Below, in pieces: positions 17,298-27,411 of a stretch of DNA of 41,343 nt; position 1 is the first letter of the stretch; each line of letters starts with the position of its first letter. The stretch spans positions 1 through 41,343 of the forward strand of contig JAISGH010000103.1 of NCBI GenBank assembly GCA_031263185.1. The letters run 5' to 3'. The position numbers were made by a program, and so were the translations under genes. The DNA is from Prevotellaceae bacterium (GTDB lineage: Bacteria; Bacteroidota; Bacteroidia; Bacteroidales; UBA932). Under the pieces are notes generated by a model that ran no database searches, had not been told where the DNA came from, and worked only from the letters and a program-made list of their open reading frames with translations.

Positions 17298-17348
17298 CTA
17301 CGCAATCATTGAAATTTTTTTTTGCCGAAAATTTCAATGATTGCGTAG
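17298..17348. terminator. Perfect 21-bp stem hairpin between the TonB receptor gene and tRNA-Pro.
   Basis: ctacgcaatcattgaaatttt (17298-17318) pairs with aaaatttcaatgattgcgtag (17328-17348). There is no clean U-tract on either strand, so a terminator function is tentative. Confidence 0.4.
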
Positions 17349-17432
17349 CGCGAATTGTTAACTGTATCTAAACTGTATCTGAGATTTTGATACAGTTATT
17401 AATATCTGTATTTCAACGGCTTATTCTATAAG

Positions 17433-17507
17433 TCGGGGTGACTGGATTCGAACCAGCGGCCACGCGCCCCCCAGACGCGTACTCTAACCGGGCTGAGCTA
17501 CACCCCG
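17433..17507 (-). tRNA. tRNA-Pro (anticodon GGG).
   Basis: Minus strand CGGGGTG-TA-GCTC-AGCCCGGTTA-GAGT-A-CGCGT-CTGGGGG-GCGCG-...-GCTGG-TTCGAAT-CCAGT-CACCCCG-A. All four stems pair. The T-loop is TTCGAAT and the anticodon loop is CU-GGG-GG. No CCA is encoded. Confidence 0.9.
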
Positions 17508-17584
17508 AGCGTAGCATTTTGCGGGCACAAAGATAGTATTTTCTTTTTAATACGCAAAAGGATTTCTTTGAATTTTGAATTCTA

Positions 17585-17636
17585 AATTTTGAATTTTGAA
17601 TTGGCTTGCGCCGTCAGGAATTCAAAATTCAAAATT
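17585..17636. terminator. 18-bp stem hairpin built from GAATTTT heptamer repeats, overlapping the stop codon of the GH95 gene.
   Basis: 17585-17602 (aattttgaattttgaatt) pairs with 17619-17636 (aattcaaaattcaaaatt) around a 16-nt loop. More heptamer copies flank it on both sides (17568-17644). Confidence 0.5.
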
Positions 17637-20078
17637 CAAAATTTCCCCCGCCTCCGTTGCCACATCGTACTCCATGCTTGGTTTGAGCATTGGCGTGTGC
17701 AGCGTTGCCCGAGGCGAGGCAATGAGCGGCTTTGCTGCCTGCAAGGCAAAGAGCGGATTTTGGTTTTCGCCTTTTGCCGTCGCTGCTGTCGCTCCTTGCA
17801 GGGTAAGCGGGCTATGAGTACGCAGGCGCAGGTTGCCGCCCAAGTTCGATTTTATGGTTACCTTCGAGAGCTTTCCGTCGCTCCACTCCAGCGCTACAAT
17901 TTCAAACCCGCCGCGCGCGCGCAACCCCGAGATTTTGCCGCTTTGCCATGCGTCGGGCAGGGCGGGTAGCAGGTGCACCGCGCCGTCGTGGCTCTGCATA
18001 AGCATTTCGGCAATGCCGGCAGTGCAGCCAAAGTTACCGTCAATCTGGAACGGCGGATGGGCATCGAAAAGGTTGGGATACGTCCCGCCGCTCTCCTTGC
18101 GCGGTGAGATAGGGCGCACGGGCGACAGCTGGTCGGCAATGAGCTTGGCAGCGTGGTTGCCGTCCAGAAAGCGCGCCCACAGGCAAACTTTCCAGCCCAT
18201 GCTCCAGCCGGTGGAAACATCGCCACGGTAGATGAGCGATTGCCTGGCTGCCTCAAAGAGCTGCGGCGTGCGGAAGGGCGATATTTGGCAGCCCGGATAC
18301 AAGCCCCACAGGTGCGACACGTGCCGGTGCTTGTCCTTCGGGTCGTCCCAATCGTGCATCCATTCTTGCAGCTGGCTGTGCTGCCCGACCTGCATGGGAG
18401 CCAGCCGCTCGCGGGCTGCCTTGAGCTGCGCTGCAAAATCGGCATCAACGCCCAGCAGCGCGGCAGCGTGTATGGTGTTGGAAAACAAATCGAACACCAG
18501 CTGGTTGTCCATCGTATTGCCGGCAAAAACTTCCGCTTTTACGGGCAGCGTTTTGGGCGTATTTTCGGGCGATACCGAAGGGGCTACTACTAACCAGCCG
18601 TGCTCGGGTTCGGGGGTCAGGAAATCTAAAAAAAACTCTGCCGCTTCCTTCATTTGCGGGTAAGCGCTACGCAGAAAATTTTTATCGCCCGAATACAAAT
18701 ACCGGTCCCACAAATGCCGGCATACCCACGCTCCACCCACAGGCCATGTGCCCGACGCGGCGCGGTCTATGGCTCCCGTAACGCGCCAAATGTCGGTGTT
18801 GTGGTGCAGCGCCCAGCCGCGCGCGCCGTACATTACGTCGGCGCTCTGCCGGCCTGTTTCCGACAGCTCTTTCACCATCTGCAAAAACGGCTCGTGCATT
18901 TCGCTCAGGTTGGCAACCTCAGCCGGCCAGTAGTTCATCTCTGCGTTGATGTTGGTGGTGTACTTGCAATCCCACGAGGGCTTCATTTGGAAATTCCAAA
19001 TACCTTGCAGGTTGGCAGGCTGTCCGCCGGGCTGCGAGGCGCAGATGAGCAGGTAGCGCCCAAACTGAAAGTAAGTCGCCACCAGCTGCGGGTCGCTCTG
19101 CGAGGCGTATTCATTAATGCGGACGTCGGTTGTTTTCTCTGCCTGCGCTGTTTTCCCAAGGTCTATCTGTACGCGGTCGTAGTACTTTTTGTACGCCAGC
19201 GTATGGTCGTTGAGCAGGCTTGCAAAGGTTTTTTTCTCTACATTCTTCAAAAATGCTTCGGCGCGCTCAGCAGGGTCGCCGCTAACATCCTTATAATTTT
19301 TGAAGCTGGTAGCAGCCGACAGCAAAATGGTTGCCGAGGTTGCATTTTTTACGCTTATCGCAACGTTGTCGGAGGTAGCAACTCCGCCGTGGAGCAGCGC
19401 TTTCGCTACGGCGTAAAACCTCACCGCTCCCTTCACACCTTCATGGCTGCCCGACACTCCCTCAAGCGTCAGCGCGTTGCCACCCTGCACCCTGACGGTG
19501 GAGGTTTGCGGGCTGCTCAGCTGCATCGAAAAGCTCAGCTGCTCCGGCTTTGAGGCGGTCAACCGGATGGCTATCACCTGCGCCGCAAACGATGTTAACA
19601 CCTCGCGCTTAAACTCCACATCGCCTACCCTGTGCCTGACCGTAGCCACCGCCGTTTCCAAATTCAAATCGCGATAGTAGTCGGAAAATTGCTCGTGACC
19701 GTCAAAGGTGAGCCACAAGCTTCCTAAGGGTTGGTAGGGCATCCCGTGGTTTGTTTTTGACTGGATATTGCTGTCGCAGGCAGCCTGCGCCTCCCTGTAC
19801 TTTCCGTCGAAAATGAGCCGACGTATGCGGGGCAATTGGTCTTTTGCCTTCGGGTTAGGGTTGTTATTCGGCGCTCCCGCCCACAGCGTTTCCTCGTTGA
19901 GCTGCAACTCCTCGTGCGCCGGATTGCCGTACAGCATGGCGCCCAGCCGCCCGTTGCCCAGCGGCATAGCCTCCACCCACTTTTCGGCAGGCTTGTCGTA
20001 CCAGAGCGTAAAATCGTTTTGCGGTTGCGCCAAAGCAGCCGCAGGCATCATGAAAAATAGCAAACAAAATCGCCGCAT
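17622..20078 (-). CDS. Glycoside hydrolase family 95 (alpha-L-fucosidase-type).
   Basis: Signal peptide, then [46 protein letters not shown], the typical GH95 N-terminus. Total length is 818 aa. Confidence 0.9.
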   Translation of the reverse strand: MRRFCLLFFMMPAAALAQPQNDFTLWYDKPAEKWVEAMPLGNGRLGAMLYGNPAHEELQLNEETLWAGAPNNNPNPKAKDQLPRIRRLIFDGKYREAQAACDSNIQSKTNHGMPYQPLGSLWLTFDGHEQFSDYYRDLNLETAVATVRHRVGDVEFKREVLTSFAAQVIAIRLTASKPEQLSFSMQLSSPQTSTVRVQGGNALTLEGVSGSHEGVKGAVRFYAVAKALLHGGVATSDNVAISVKNATSATILLSAATSFKNYKDVSGDPAERAEAFLKNVEKKTFASLLNDHTLAYKKYYDRVQIDLGKTAQAEKTTDVRINEYASQSDPQLVATYFQFGRYLLICASQPGGQPANLQGIWNFQMKPSWDCKYTTNINAEMNYWPAEVANLSEMHEPFLQMVKELSETGRQSADVMYGARGWALHHNTDIWRVTGAIDRAASGTWPVGGAWVCRHLWDRYLYSGDKNFLRSAYPQMKEAAEFFLDFLTPEPEHGWLVVAPSVSPENTPKTLPVKAEVFAGNTMDNQLVFDLFSNTIHAAALLGVDADFAAQLKAARERLAPMQVGQHSQLQEWMHDWDDPKDKHRHVSHLWGLYPGCQISPFRTPQLFEAARQSLIYRGDVSTGWSMGWKVCLWARFLDGNHAAKLIADQLSPVRPISPRKESGGTYPNLFDAHPPFQIDGNFGCTAGIAEMLMQSHDGAVHLLPALPDAWQSGKISGLRARGGFEIVALEWSDGKLSKVTIKSNLGGNLRLRTHSPLTLQGATAATAKGENQNPLFALQAAKPLIASPRATLHTPMLKPSMEYDVATEAGEILNFEF

Positions 20079-20137
20079 AGCTGCTGAGATTTGAGGGTTA
20101 AACTTTTTTCGGGGACGTTACGCATCCATCAGCGTTA

Positions 20138-21325
20138 TCATCGCTTAGCTTTTTCCAGCTCAAGCGCCAGCAAAATAAACGGCGCCACTGCTTTTGGGTC
20201 GTTATCGCGCACCGGTTCGCTGATGTAGTACTCAAAGCTGCCGTCGCGGTAGCGCCCCGCGCCGCCCAAGCCCGATACTACGCAGCCTTTGGTGAGGTTG
20301 ATGGTGTTGTCGTTGTCGTTCACGGTAACGAACGTTTGCACCATGCCGTCAAAGACCTCTTGAGCTTTTTGCAGGTAGCTTTTGTCAAGCCAGCCGTTGT
20401 TTGCTCCCTTTGCCCAAGCGTAGCCAAACATAGCGGTGCCTGACGACTCCAGATAGTTGCCCTCGCGACTTCCCATGTCGGTTACCTGATACCACGTTTT
20501 CGATTGGGGGTCTTGCTGCTTTTCCAGCGCAACCGAAAGCTCCTTTAAAATATCAACAACGGCTCTATGCTTGGGGTGTTCCGGCGGCAAGTACTCCAGC
20601 ACATCCACCAGCGCCATCATGTACCAGCCCATGCTGCGGCTCCAGAAGTTGGGCGACATTCCGGTTTCCTTGTTTGCCCAGCGCTGCTCGCGGCTCTCGT
20701 CCCAACCGTGGTAGAAAAGACCCGTAACGGTATCGCGGGTGTGCCGCGCTACCAGCAGCAGCTGGTGCGTCACCTCGTCGTACAGCGCAGGCTCGTCAAA
20801 CGTCTTGCCGTATAGCGTGAGGAACGGCGAGGCCATGAACAGCCCGTCGAGCCACATCTGGTGGGGGTAAATCTGCTTGTGCCAGAAGCCGCCCTCGCTC
20901 GTGCGCGGATGCCGGCGCATTTGCTCGCGCAGCAGGTCGGCGGCATTTTTATACTTTTCCTCGCCGGTTTCGCTGTACAGCGCAAGCATTGTTTTGCCGC
21001 CGGCAATGTTGTCAATGTTGAACTTCTCGAGGTCGTAGGTGCGAATAGCGCTACCGTTGTCCTGCACCATAGTGTCGCCAAAGCTGCGCGCGTAGTCAAA
21101 GTATTTTTTAGCGCCGGTAGCCTTGTACACCTCATATATGGCGTAGGTTTCCAGCCCTTGGCAGTAGCCCCACTTGGGCTTTTTGGAGAAGTCGAGCATC
21201 CAGCTTTCGGGGTAGCGCGCCATTTCCGAATCGGTCATGCGCACCGACCATTTTTCGCTTGAGCAACCTGTGCTCGCCGCCAACGCCGCTGCGATGGCCA
21301 CTGTAGAAATACGTAATAAGTTCAT
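20138..21325 (-). CDS. GH88/GH105-family unsaturated rhamnogalacturonyl/glucuronyl hydrolase (lipoprotein).
   Basis: Chosen start MNLLRISTVAIAAALAASTGCSS (lipobox). The core HPRTSEGGFWHKQIYPHQMWLDGLFMASPFL matches Glyco_hydro_88-type proteins. The upstream 42 codons in the track look non-coding. Confidence 0.85.
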   Translation of the reverse strand: MNLLRISTVAIAAALAASTGCSSEKWSVRMTDSEMARYPESWMLDFSKKPKWGYCQGLETYAIYEVYKATGAKKYFDYARSFGDTMVQDNGSAIRTYDLEKFNIDNIAGGKTMLALYSETGEEKYKNAADLLREQMRRHPRTSEGGFWHKQIYPHQMWLDGLFMASPFLTLYGKTFDEPALYDEVTHQLLLVARHTRDTVTGLFYHGWDESREQRWANKETGMSPNFWSRSMGWYMMALVDVLEYLPPEHPKHRAVVDILKELSVALEKQQDPQSKTWYQVTDMGSREGNYLESSGTAMFGYAWAKGANNGWLDKSYLQKAQEVFDGMVQTFVTVNDNDNTINLTKGCVVSGLGGAGRYRDGSFEYYISEPVRDNDPKAVAPFILLALELEKAKR

Positions 21326-21540
21326 AGCTAATGTTGATTTAAAAAATGTATTTATGTTCGCAACATGAACAAAAGGCGGTGCAAGGTACGCAAAAAAATA
21401 AAAGCAGCAAAGAAAATTGTGTGCGCACACGAAAAAATAAAGCTTGCACAAAATTATTGTCTGTGTTTGCCTTTCTTAGCATGTTAATTTGAAATGCACC
21501 CCCTTTCGCTTTCGTATTTGTAAAGATGAGATTTTTCATG

Positions 21541-21548
21541 TAAGTTTG
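21541..21548 (+). promoter_or_regulatory. Candidate polA promoter: -7 box TAAGTTTG with a -33 TTTG at 21517-21520.
   Basis: TAnnTTTG match with a TTTG 20 bp upstream. The ATG lies 33 nt downstream. Confidence 0.45.
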
Positions 21549-21580
21549 CAGGCCAAATAATAAGAATCAACCGTATTTTC

Positions 21581-24376
21581 ATGAAGAAATTATTCCTCCT
21601 TGACGCGTTTGCCCTCATCTACCGAGCGTACTACGCTTTTATCCGAACCCCAATGGTGAACTCCCAGGGGCTAAACACGTCGGCAATTTTTGGATTTACC
21701 AAGACCCTGCTGGACCTCATGCGCCGCGAAAACCCCACGCACATAGCCGTATGCTTCGACCCAAGCGGCGAAACATTCCGCCACATGATGTACCCCGAAT
21801 ACAAGGCCAACCGCAACGAGGCGCCGGAGGTAATTACGCAGTCGGTGCCCTTCATTCAGGAAATTATAGCGGGCTTCAACATTCCCATCATCATGGTGCC
21901 GGGCTTTGAGGCCGACGACGTAATCGGGACGCTGGCAAAAAAGGCTGAGGCCGCCGGATTTGTAACCTACATGATGACGCCGGACAAGGACTACGGCCAG
22001 CTGGTAACGGATAATATTCTAATCTTCCGACCGGCGCGCTGGGAAAAGCCGGACGAAAAAATCGGGGTGCACGAAATATGCAGCCACTACGGTATAGACC
22101 GCCCCGAGCAAGTTATAGATGTGCTTGCGCTCTGGGGCGACACCTCGGACAACGTGCCCGGAGCGCCGGGCATTGGCGAGAAAAAAGCTACGCGGCTCAT
22201 TGCGCAGTATGGCAGCGTGGAAGGCGTGATTGAGCATGTGCACGAGCTGACAGGCAAAGTCCGCGAGTCGATAGAGCAAAACGTTGCGCAGCTGGAGCGG
22301 GCAAAAAAGTTGGTAACAATAGACCTGAACGTTCCCGTAGAGCTGGACGAGGAGCAGCTGCGAAAAAAAGAGCCTGATAAAGACGCGCTGCGCGCCTTAT
22401 TTACCGAGCTGGAGTTTCACTCCCTTGCGCGGGAGGTGCTCGGCGGAAGCGCTTCGCCGCCAGCGGCAAAAAAATCGCACGAGGTACAAATACAGGGTGA
22501 CTTGTTCAGCGCAGCCGCGCCGGTGCAAGCCGACGCCGACCACACCAAATCGCACCTCAAAACAAGCGCCGACGTTCCCCATACATACCACACAGCGCAA
22601 AGCGTGAGCGACGTAAAGGCGCTGTGCGATATGCTAATGCAGCAAAGCGAATTTTGCTTCGACAGCGAAACGGATGGCATTGACCCCATTGACGCCGACA
22701 TAGCAGGCCTGTCGTTTGCCGTTAAGCCCTACGAGGCTTGGTTTGTACCGCTATCTCCCGGCAAAGAGCAGTTTGCAGAAAAAATTGCGCTGCTCCGCGC
22801 ACCGCTGGAAAATGCAAGCATTGCAAAAACAGGCCAAAATATTAAGTTCGACTACCTCGTGCTAAAGCGCGTTGGCATTGCGCTGCAGGGCAAGCTGCTC
22901 GATACCATGCTGGCGCACTACCTGCTGGAGCCGGATATGCGCCACAACATGAACTACCTCGCCGAGGTTTACCTGAGCTACCAGCCCATCCCCATCGAAA
23001 GGCTGATAGGAGAAAAAAAGGATGGACAGGGAAAAATATCGCAGGCGCCGCCGGAGCTGCTGACAGAATACGCCGCCGAAGACGCCGACGTAACCTTGCA
23101 GCTGCGCAAAATCTTATTCGACGAGCTGGACAAAAACAACCTGCGCGCGCTGTACGAGGAGGTAGAGGCGCCGCTGGTGTACGTGCTGGGCGATATGGAG
23201 TGGGAAGGCGTACGCATTGACGCCAGCGGGCTGGCCGAATACGGAAAAGAGCTGGCGGTAGAGCTGCAAAAGCTCGAAAGCGAAATTCAGGAAATTGCCG
23301 GCGAGCCTACGCTCAACGTCTTCTCGCCAAAGCAGCTGGGCGAAGTGCTGTTTGAAAAGCTCAAAATCTCGGACAACGCCCGCACCACCGGAAAAACAAA
23401 GCAGTACTCCACCAGCGAGGATACGCTGACAACGCTGCGCGACAAGCACCCGATTATTGACAAGGTGCTGGAGCTTCGCGGGCTGAAAAAGCTGCTTTCG
23501 TCGTACGTAGAAACCCTGCCCACGCTGGTAAACCGGCGCACGGGGCACATCCACACCTCCTTCAACCAGGCGGTAACCTCCACCGGCAGGCTGAGCAGCA
23601 ACAACCCCAACCTGCAAAATATCCCCATCCGCGACGAGCGCGGGCGCGAAATTCGGAAAGCATTCATCCCCTCCGACGAAAACCACATCCTGCTCTCCGC
23701 CGACTACTCGCAGGTGGAGCTGCGGCTAATGGCGCACCTGAGCAACGACGCCAACCTTGTGGAGGCTTTCCTGAAAAACGAGGATATTCACGCCAGCACC
23801 GCCTCAAAAATATTCCACGTGCCCATCGACAAGATTAGCAAGGAGCAGCGGCGACGCGCAAAAACCGCCAACTTCGGCATTATTTACGGCATATCGGCGT
23901 ACGGCCTGGCGCAGCGGCTCAACATTCCGCGCAGCGAAGCAAAAACCCTCATCGACGGATATTTTGCCACCTACCCGCAGGTGCGCACCTACATGGACAA
24001 CGCCATTCGGGTGGTGCGCGACAAGGGCTACGTGCAAACCCTCTGCGGGCGTAAGCGAATGTTGCCCGACATCACCTCGCACAACGCTGTGGTGCGCGGA
24101 TTTGCCGAGCGGTACGCCATCAACGCCCCCATACAAGGCTCGGCTGCCGACATTATCAAGCTGGCCATGATAAAAATCCACAGCCGCCTGCGCAGGGAAA
24201 ACTTCCAATCGCGCATGATTTTGCAGGTGCACGACGAGCTGGTTTTTGACGTGTGCAAATCCGAGCTCGACAGGGTGCGGCAGCTGGTGGTTACCGAAAT
24301 GGAGTCGGCGTACAAGCTGGTAGTCCCGCTGATTGCCGAGGCCGGAACGGGGGATAACTGGCTCAGCGCACATTAG
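21581..24376 (+). CDS. polA: DNA polymerase I.
   Basis: 931 aa. 5'-nuclease N-terminus (KKLFLLDAFALIYRAYYA), a 3'-5' exonuclease region, and family-A polymerase motifs (LLSADYSQVELRLMAHLS, RRRAKTANFGIIYG, QVHDELVF). Confidence 0.97.
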   Translation: MKKLFLLDAFALIYRAYYAFIRTPMVNSQGLNTSAIFGFTKTLLDLMRRENPTHIAVCFDPSGETFRHMMYPEYKANRNEAPEVITQSVPFIQEIIAGFNIPIIMVPGFEADDVIGTLAKKAEAAGFVTYMMTPDKDYGQLVTDNILIFRPARWEKPDEKIGVHEICSHYGIDRPEQVIDVLALWGDTSDNVPGAPGIGEKKATRLIAQYGSVEGVIEHVHELTGKVRESIEQNVAQLERAKKLVTIDLNVPVELDEEQLRKKEPDKDALRALFTELEFHSLAREVLGGSASPPAAKKSHEVQIQGDLFSAAAPVQADADHTKSHLKTSADVPHTYHTAQSVSDVKALCDMLMQQSEFCFDSETDGIDPIDADIAGLSFAVKPYEAWFVPLSPGKEQFAEKIALLRAPLENASIAKTGQNIKFDYLVLKRVGIALQGKLLDTMLAHYLLEPDMRHNMNYLAEVYLSYQPIPIERLIGEKKDGQGKISQAPPELLTEYAAEDADVTLQLRKILFDELDKNNLRALYEEVEAPLVYVLGDMEWEGVRIDASGLAEYGKELAVELQKLESEIQEIAGEPTLNVFSPKQLGEVLFEKLKISDNARTTGKTKQYSTSEDTLTTLRDKHPIIDKVLELRGLKKLLSSYVETLPTLVNRRTGHIHTSFNQAVTSTGRLSSNNPNLQNIPIRDERGREIRKAFIPSDENHILLSADYSQVELRLMAHLSNDANLVEAFLKNEDIHASTASKIFHVPIDKISKEQRRRAKTANFGIIYGISAYGLAQRLNIPRSEAKTLIDGYFATYPQVRTYMDNAIRVVRDKGYVQTLCGRKRMLPDITSHNAVVRGFAERYAINAPIQGSAADIIKLAMIKIHSRLRRENFQSRMILQVHDELVFDVCKSELDRVRQLVVTEMESAYKLVVPLIAEAGTGDNWLSAH

Positions 24377-24568
24377 AGCGGTACGCAGGGCGCTCGCTGT
24401 GGCCTGCGCTGCTTCCGCTTTGTGTGTCCGAGCACATATTTTTAGTATGCTGAAAAACAGCATATTTGGCTATTTCATAGTGAAATTTATGCTTGACTAA
24501 TAGCATAATTACACGAAAAAGATTACTTTTGTATCCGTGCTTTACACGAAAGCAAGCACGAAAACAAA

Positions 24569-24731
24569 AGAGTTTATATTCAATAGTTGGTTAGCTGCCA
24601 AAAATGATTTTGTTGCAACGGTGATGGGCGCTTGCGCCGTCCCGTAGGGACGGAAGACGACGGGGTATTCCGTTTTCTACCAATATTCCGTCCCTACGGG
24701 ACGACGCAAGCATCTATTGAATATAAACTCT
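24569..24731. repeat. Nested-palindrome, MITE/REP-like element of 163 bp.
   Basis: Outer perfect 18-bp inverted repeat: agagtttatattcaatag (24569-24586) with ctattgaatataaactct (24714-24731). Inner 25-bp inverted repeat 24630-24654 with 24687-24711 (gcttgcgccgtcccgtagggacgga), with one mismatch. Confidence 0.85.
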
Positions 24732-24803
24732 AAAGTAGTTTCGTGATTATCGAGGCAAAATTGTAAAAAATTCATATTGTAAAACCATAAATTATCCTTA
24801 ACC

Positions 24804-25901
24804 ATGTCTGAATTAAATAAAGACGAGAGAATACGCATAAAAGACATAGCGACTTTGGCTAACGTATCGGCGGGTACTGTTGACCGCGTAATTCACAACC
24901 GCGGCGGGGTTGCCCCCGAAAGCAAAAAGCGTATTGAAGAAATACTGAACCAGATGAACTTCAAGCCAAATAAAATGGCGCAGTTGCTGGCCATCAAAAA
25001 GGAGTACCAGCTGGTGGTGTTGCTCCCCGAAGCCGTGCAAGGCGACTACTGGTGGGATATTATTAAGGGTATTAAGCGCGCCGAAGAGGAGGTGTCCGAT
25101 TACCACGTAAAAACGGAAATCTTGCAGTTCAACCAGTACAACATGGAATCGTTTGCCGGCTTAGCGCAGCGCTTGCTCGAAATGAACCCCGCAGGCGTGC
25201 TGATGGCCCCTTTCTTCAGGCGCGAGGTGCTCAAGCTCACCAAAGAGCTGGAGGAACGCAGCATTCCGTTTGTTTTCATAGACTCCAACGTGGAAAGCGT
25301 GAACAGCCTTGCCTACTACGGGCAGCAGTCGCACCAAAGCGGATACGTGGCCGCAAAAATCATGCTAAGCAGCCTTGAGCAATTCTCCACCATACTCTTG
25401 GTGCACATGCAGCGCACCGGTGGTACCTCCATTGGCTCCAACCAAACGGCAAGGCGCGAGGAAGGATTTTTGGCCTACCTCGAAAAGTATTCGCTGGAGT
25501 CGTCCTACCAGATAGTGCGGGTAAACCTGCATGCCGAAGACGACAGCGGGAACGAGGCGCTGCTGGAGGAAGTGTTCAGCCAAAATCAGAATATACGGGG
25601 AATTGTTATGTTCAACTCGCGCATTTACCGCATAGCCGATTTTTTGGAAAAGCGAAAGATAAGAAACATCCGCACCATAGGCTACGATTTGCTTGAGCGC
25701 AACGTACAGTACCTGAAAAACGGCATGGTAGAGTGCCTCATTGCGCAGCGTCCGCAGCTGCAAGGATACTACGGCCTGACGGCGCTTGCGCGGCACCTCG
25801 CATTTAAGCAGGTATCCAAATCGGTATGCTACATGCCAATCGATATTCTTTTTAAGGAAAATATCAACGACTACAAGGTGTACCCGTTTGATGTGGACTA
25901 A
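24804..25901 (+). CDS. LacI-family transcriptional regulator.
   Basis: N-terminal HTH IKDIATLANVSAGTVDRVIHNRGGVAPESKKRIEEIL, followed by a periplasmic-binding-protein-like fold length. It lies upstream of uxaB-uxaA. Confidence 0.9.
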   Translation: MSELNKDERIRIKDIATLANVSAGTVDRVIHNRGGVAPESKKRIEEILNQMNFKPNKMAQLLAIKKEYQLVVLLPEAVQGDYWWDIIKGIKRAEEEVSDYHVKTEILQFNQYNMESFAGLAQRLLEMNPAGVLMAPFFRREVLKLTKELEERSIPFVFIDSNVESVNSLAYYGQQSHQSGYVAAKIMLSSLEQFSTILLVHMQRTGGTSIGSNQTARREEGFLAYLEKYSLESSYQIVRVNLHAEDDSGNEALLEEVFSQNQNIRGIVMFNSRIYRIADFLEKRKIRNIRTIGYDLLERNVQYLKNGMVECLIAQRPQLQGYYGLTALARHLAFKQVSKSVCYMPIDILFKENINDYKVYPFDVD

Positions 25902-25941
25902 TTTTCTTTTTTTTTGAAAATCAAAAACTTACAACCAACGA

Positions 25942-27390
25942 ATGAACCGCTTAAACAGAAAAAATGCGGCGGCGCCCAGGGTGCACCCCGAAAGAATTAT
26001 ACAGTTCGGCGAAGGTAACTTCCTCCGCGCTTTTGTTGACTGGATTGTCTTCAACATGAACGAGAAGGCTGGCTTCAACAGCAGCGTGGTGGTGGTGCAA
26101 CCCATAGAAAACGGCATGGTAGATGTGCTCAACGAGCAGGACGGCCTCTACCACCTCAACCTGCAAGGAATTGACAACGGCAGGCAGGTGGACAGCATCC
26201 AGCTGATTGACGTTATCAGCCGCGGGCTAAATCCCTATACGCAGTTTGAGGAGTACCTAAAGCTCGCCGAAAATCCGGAAATGCGCTTTGTTATTTCCAA
26301 CACCACCGAGGCCGGCATTGCATTTCGCGCCGAGGATAAGCTGGGCGACAAGCCTGCAAAATCATACCCGGGCAAGCTTACCCAGCTGCTCTACCACCGC
26401 TTCAAAACCTTTGGCGGCGCCCCCGACAAAGGGCTTATCATCCTGCCCTGCGAGCTGATTTTCCACAACGGAGCCGAGCTGAAAAAGTGCATTGAGCAGT
26501 ACATTGACCTCTGGCAGCTCGACGCAGCGTTCAAAGCATGGTTCAGCTCCTCGTGCGGCGTGTACAGTACGCTGGTTGACCGCATTGTGCCGGGATACCC
26601 AAAAGATTCCATCGACGAAATTCAGGCAAAAACAGGCTACGAAGACAAGCTGGTGGTTAAAGGCGAAATTTTTCACCTCTGGGTCATTGAAGCGCCGGCA
26701 AGCGTGGCAAACGAATTTCCCGCCGACAAAGCAGGGCTGAACGTGCTGTTTGTTCCCAGCGAAAAACCATACCACGAGCGCAAGGTAACGCTGCTCAACG
26801 GGCCGCACACCGTCCTCTCGCCTGTTGCCTACCTGAGCGGAGTTGACACCGTACGCGAGGCCTGCGAGCACGAGGTAATCGGAAAGTTTATCCGCAAGGC
26901 GATGTACGACGAGCTGCTACCAACGCTTGACCTGCCAAAAGCCGAGCTCGAAGCGTTCGCCGACGCAGTGCTCGACCGCTTCCGCAACCCCTTTGTAAAG
27001 CATTTTGTAACCAGCATCATGCTAAACTCGTTCCCAAAATTCAAAACGCGCGACCTGCCCGGCATAAAAATCTACCTTGAGCGCACAGGTCGCCTGCCGG
27101 AGGCGCTGGTGCTGGGGCTTGCCGCAATTTGCGTGTACTACCGGGGCGGCAAGCGCGGCAACGACGTAATCACGCCCAACGACGACAAGACGACGCTTGA
27201 CTTCCTCGCCGCCTTGTGGGCATGGGCGCCCGACGACGCTGGAAAAGTGGCAATGGGCGTGCTTGCGGCAACCAAGATTTGGGGCGGCGAAGACCTGAAC
27301 GAAATTCCCGGCCTTACCGATTTACTTGCGCAAAATATCAGCAGCATTTTGAGCAAGGGAATGGTAGAAACGGTACGGCTACTTTTTTAA
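25942..27390 (+). CDS. uxaB: Tagaturonate reductase (altronate oxidoreductase).
   Basis: 482 aa, mannitol-dehydrogenase family. N-terminus RIIQFGEGNFLRAFVDW. Adjacent to uxaA. Confidence 0.88.
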   Translation: MNRLNRKNAAAPRVHPERIIQFGEGNFLRAFVDWIVFNMNEKAGFNSSVVVVQPIENGMVDVLNEQDGLYHLNLQGIDNGRQVDSIQLIDVISRGLNPYTQFEEYLKLAENPEMRFVISNTTEAGIAFRAEDKLGDKPAKSYPGKLTQLLYHRFKTFGGAPDKGLIILPCELIFHNGAELKKCIEQYIDLWQLDAAFKAWFSSSCGVYSTLVDRIVPGYPKDSIDEIQAKTGYEDKLVVKGEIFHLWVIEAPASVANEFPADKAGLNVLFVPSEKPYHERKVTLLNGPHTVLSPVAYLSGVDTVREACEHEVIGKFIRKAMYDELLPTLDLPKAELEAFADAVLDRFRNPFVKHFVTSIMLNSFPKFKTRDLPGIKIYLERTGRLPEALVLGLAAICVYYRGGKRGNDVITPNDDKTTLDFLAALWAWAPDDAGKVAMGVLAATKIWGGEDLNEIPGLTDLLAQNISSILSKGMVETVRLLF

Positions 27391-27411
27391 CTTCCCGAAT
27401 TTTGACCGCTA

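Noticed and set aside
17433-17507. tRNA-Pro as an integration site for a genomic island.
   Set aside because: The flanking genes (TonB receptor, GH95) have host-like composition. There is no integrase or direct repeat of the tRNA 3' end. The AT-rich island lies 9.6 kb away.
17568-17644. A CRISPR-like array or other spaced repeats anywhere in the window (GAATTTT units, 15-bp units at 14667, Rpn tandem units).
   Set aside because: None has the 24-48-bp repeat with unique-spacer architecture, and no cas genes are present.
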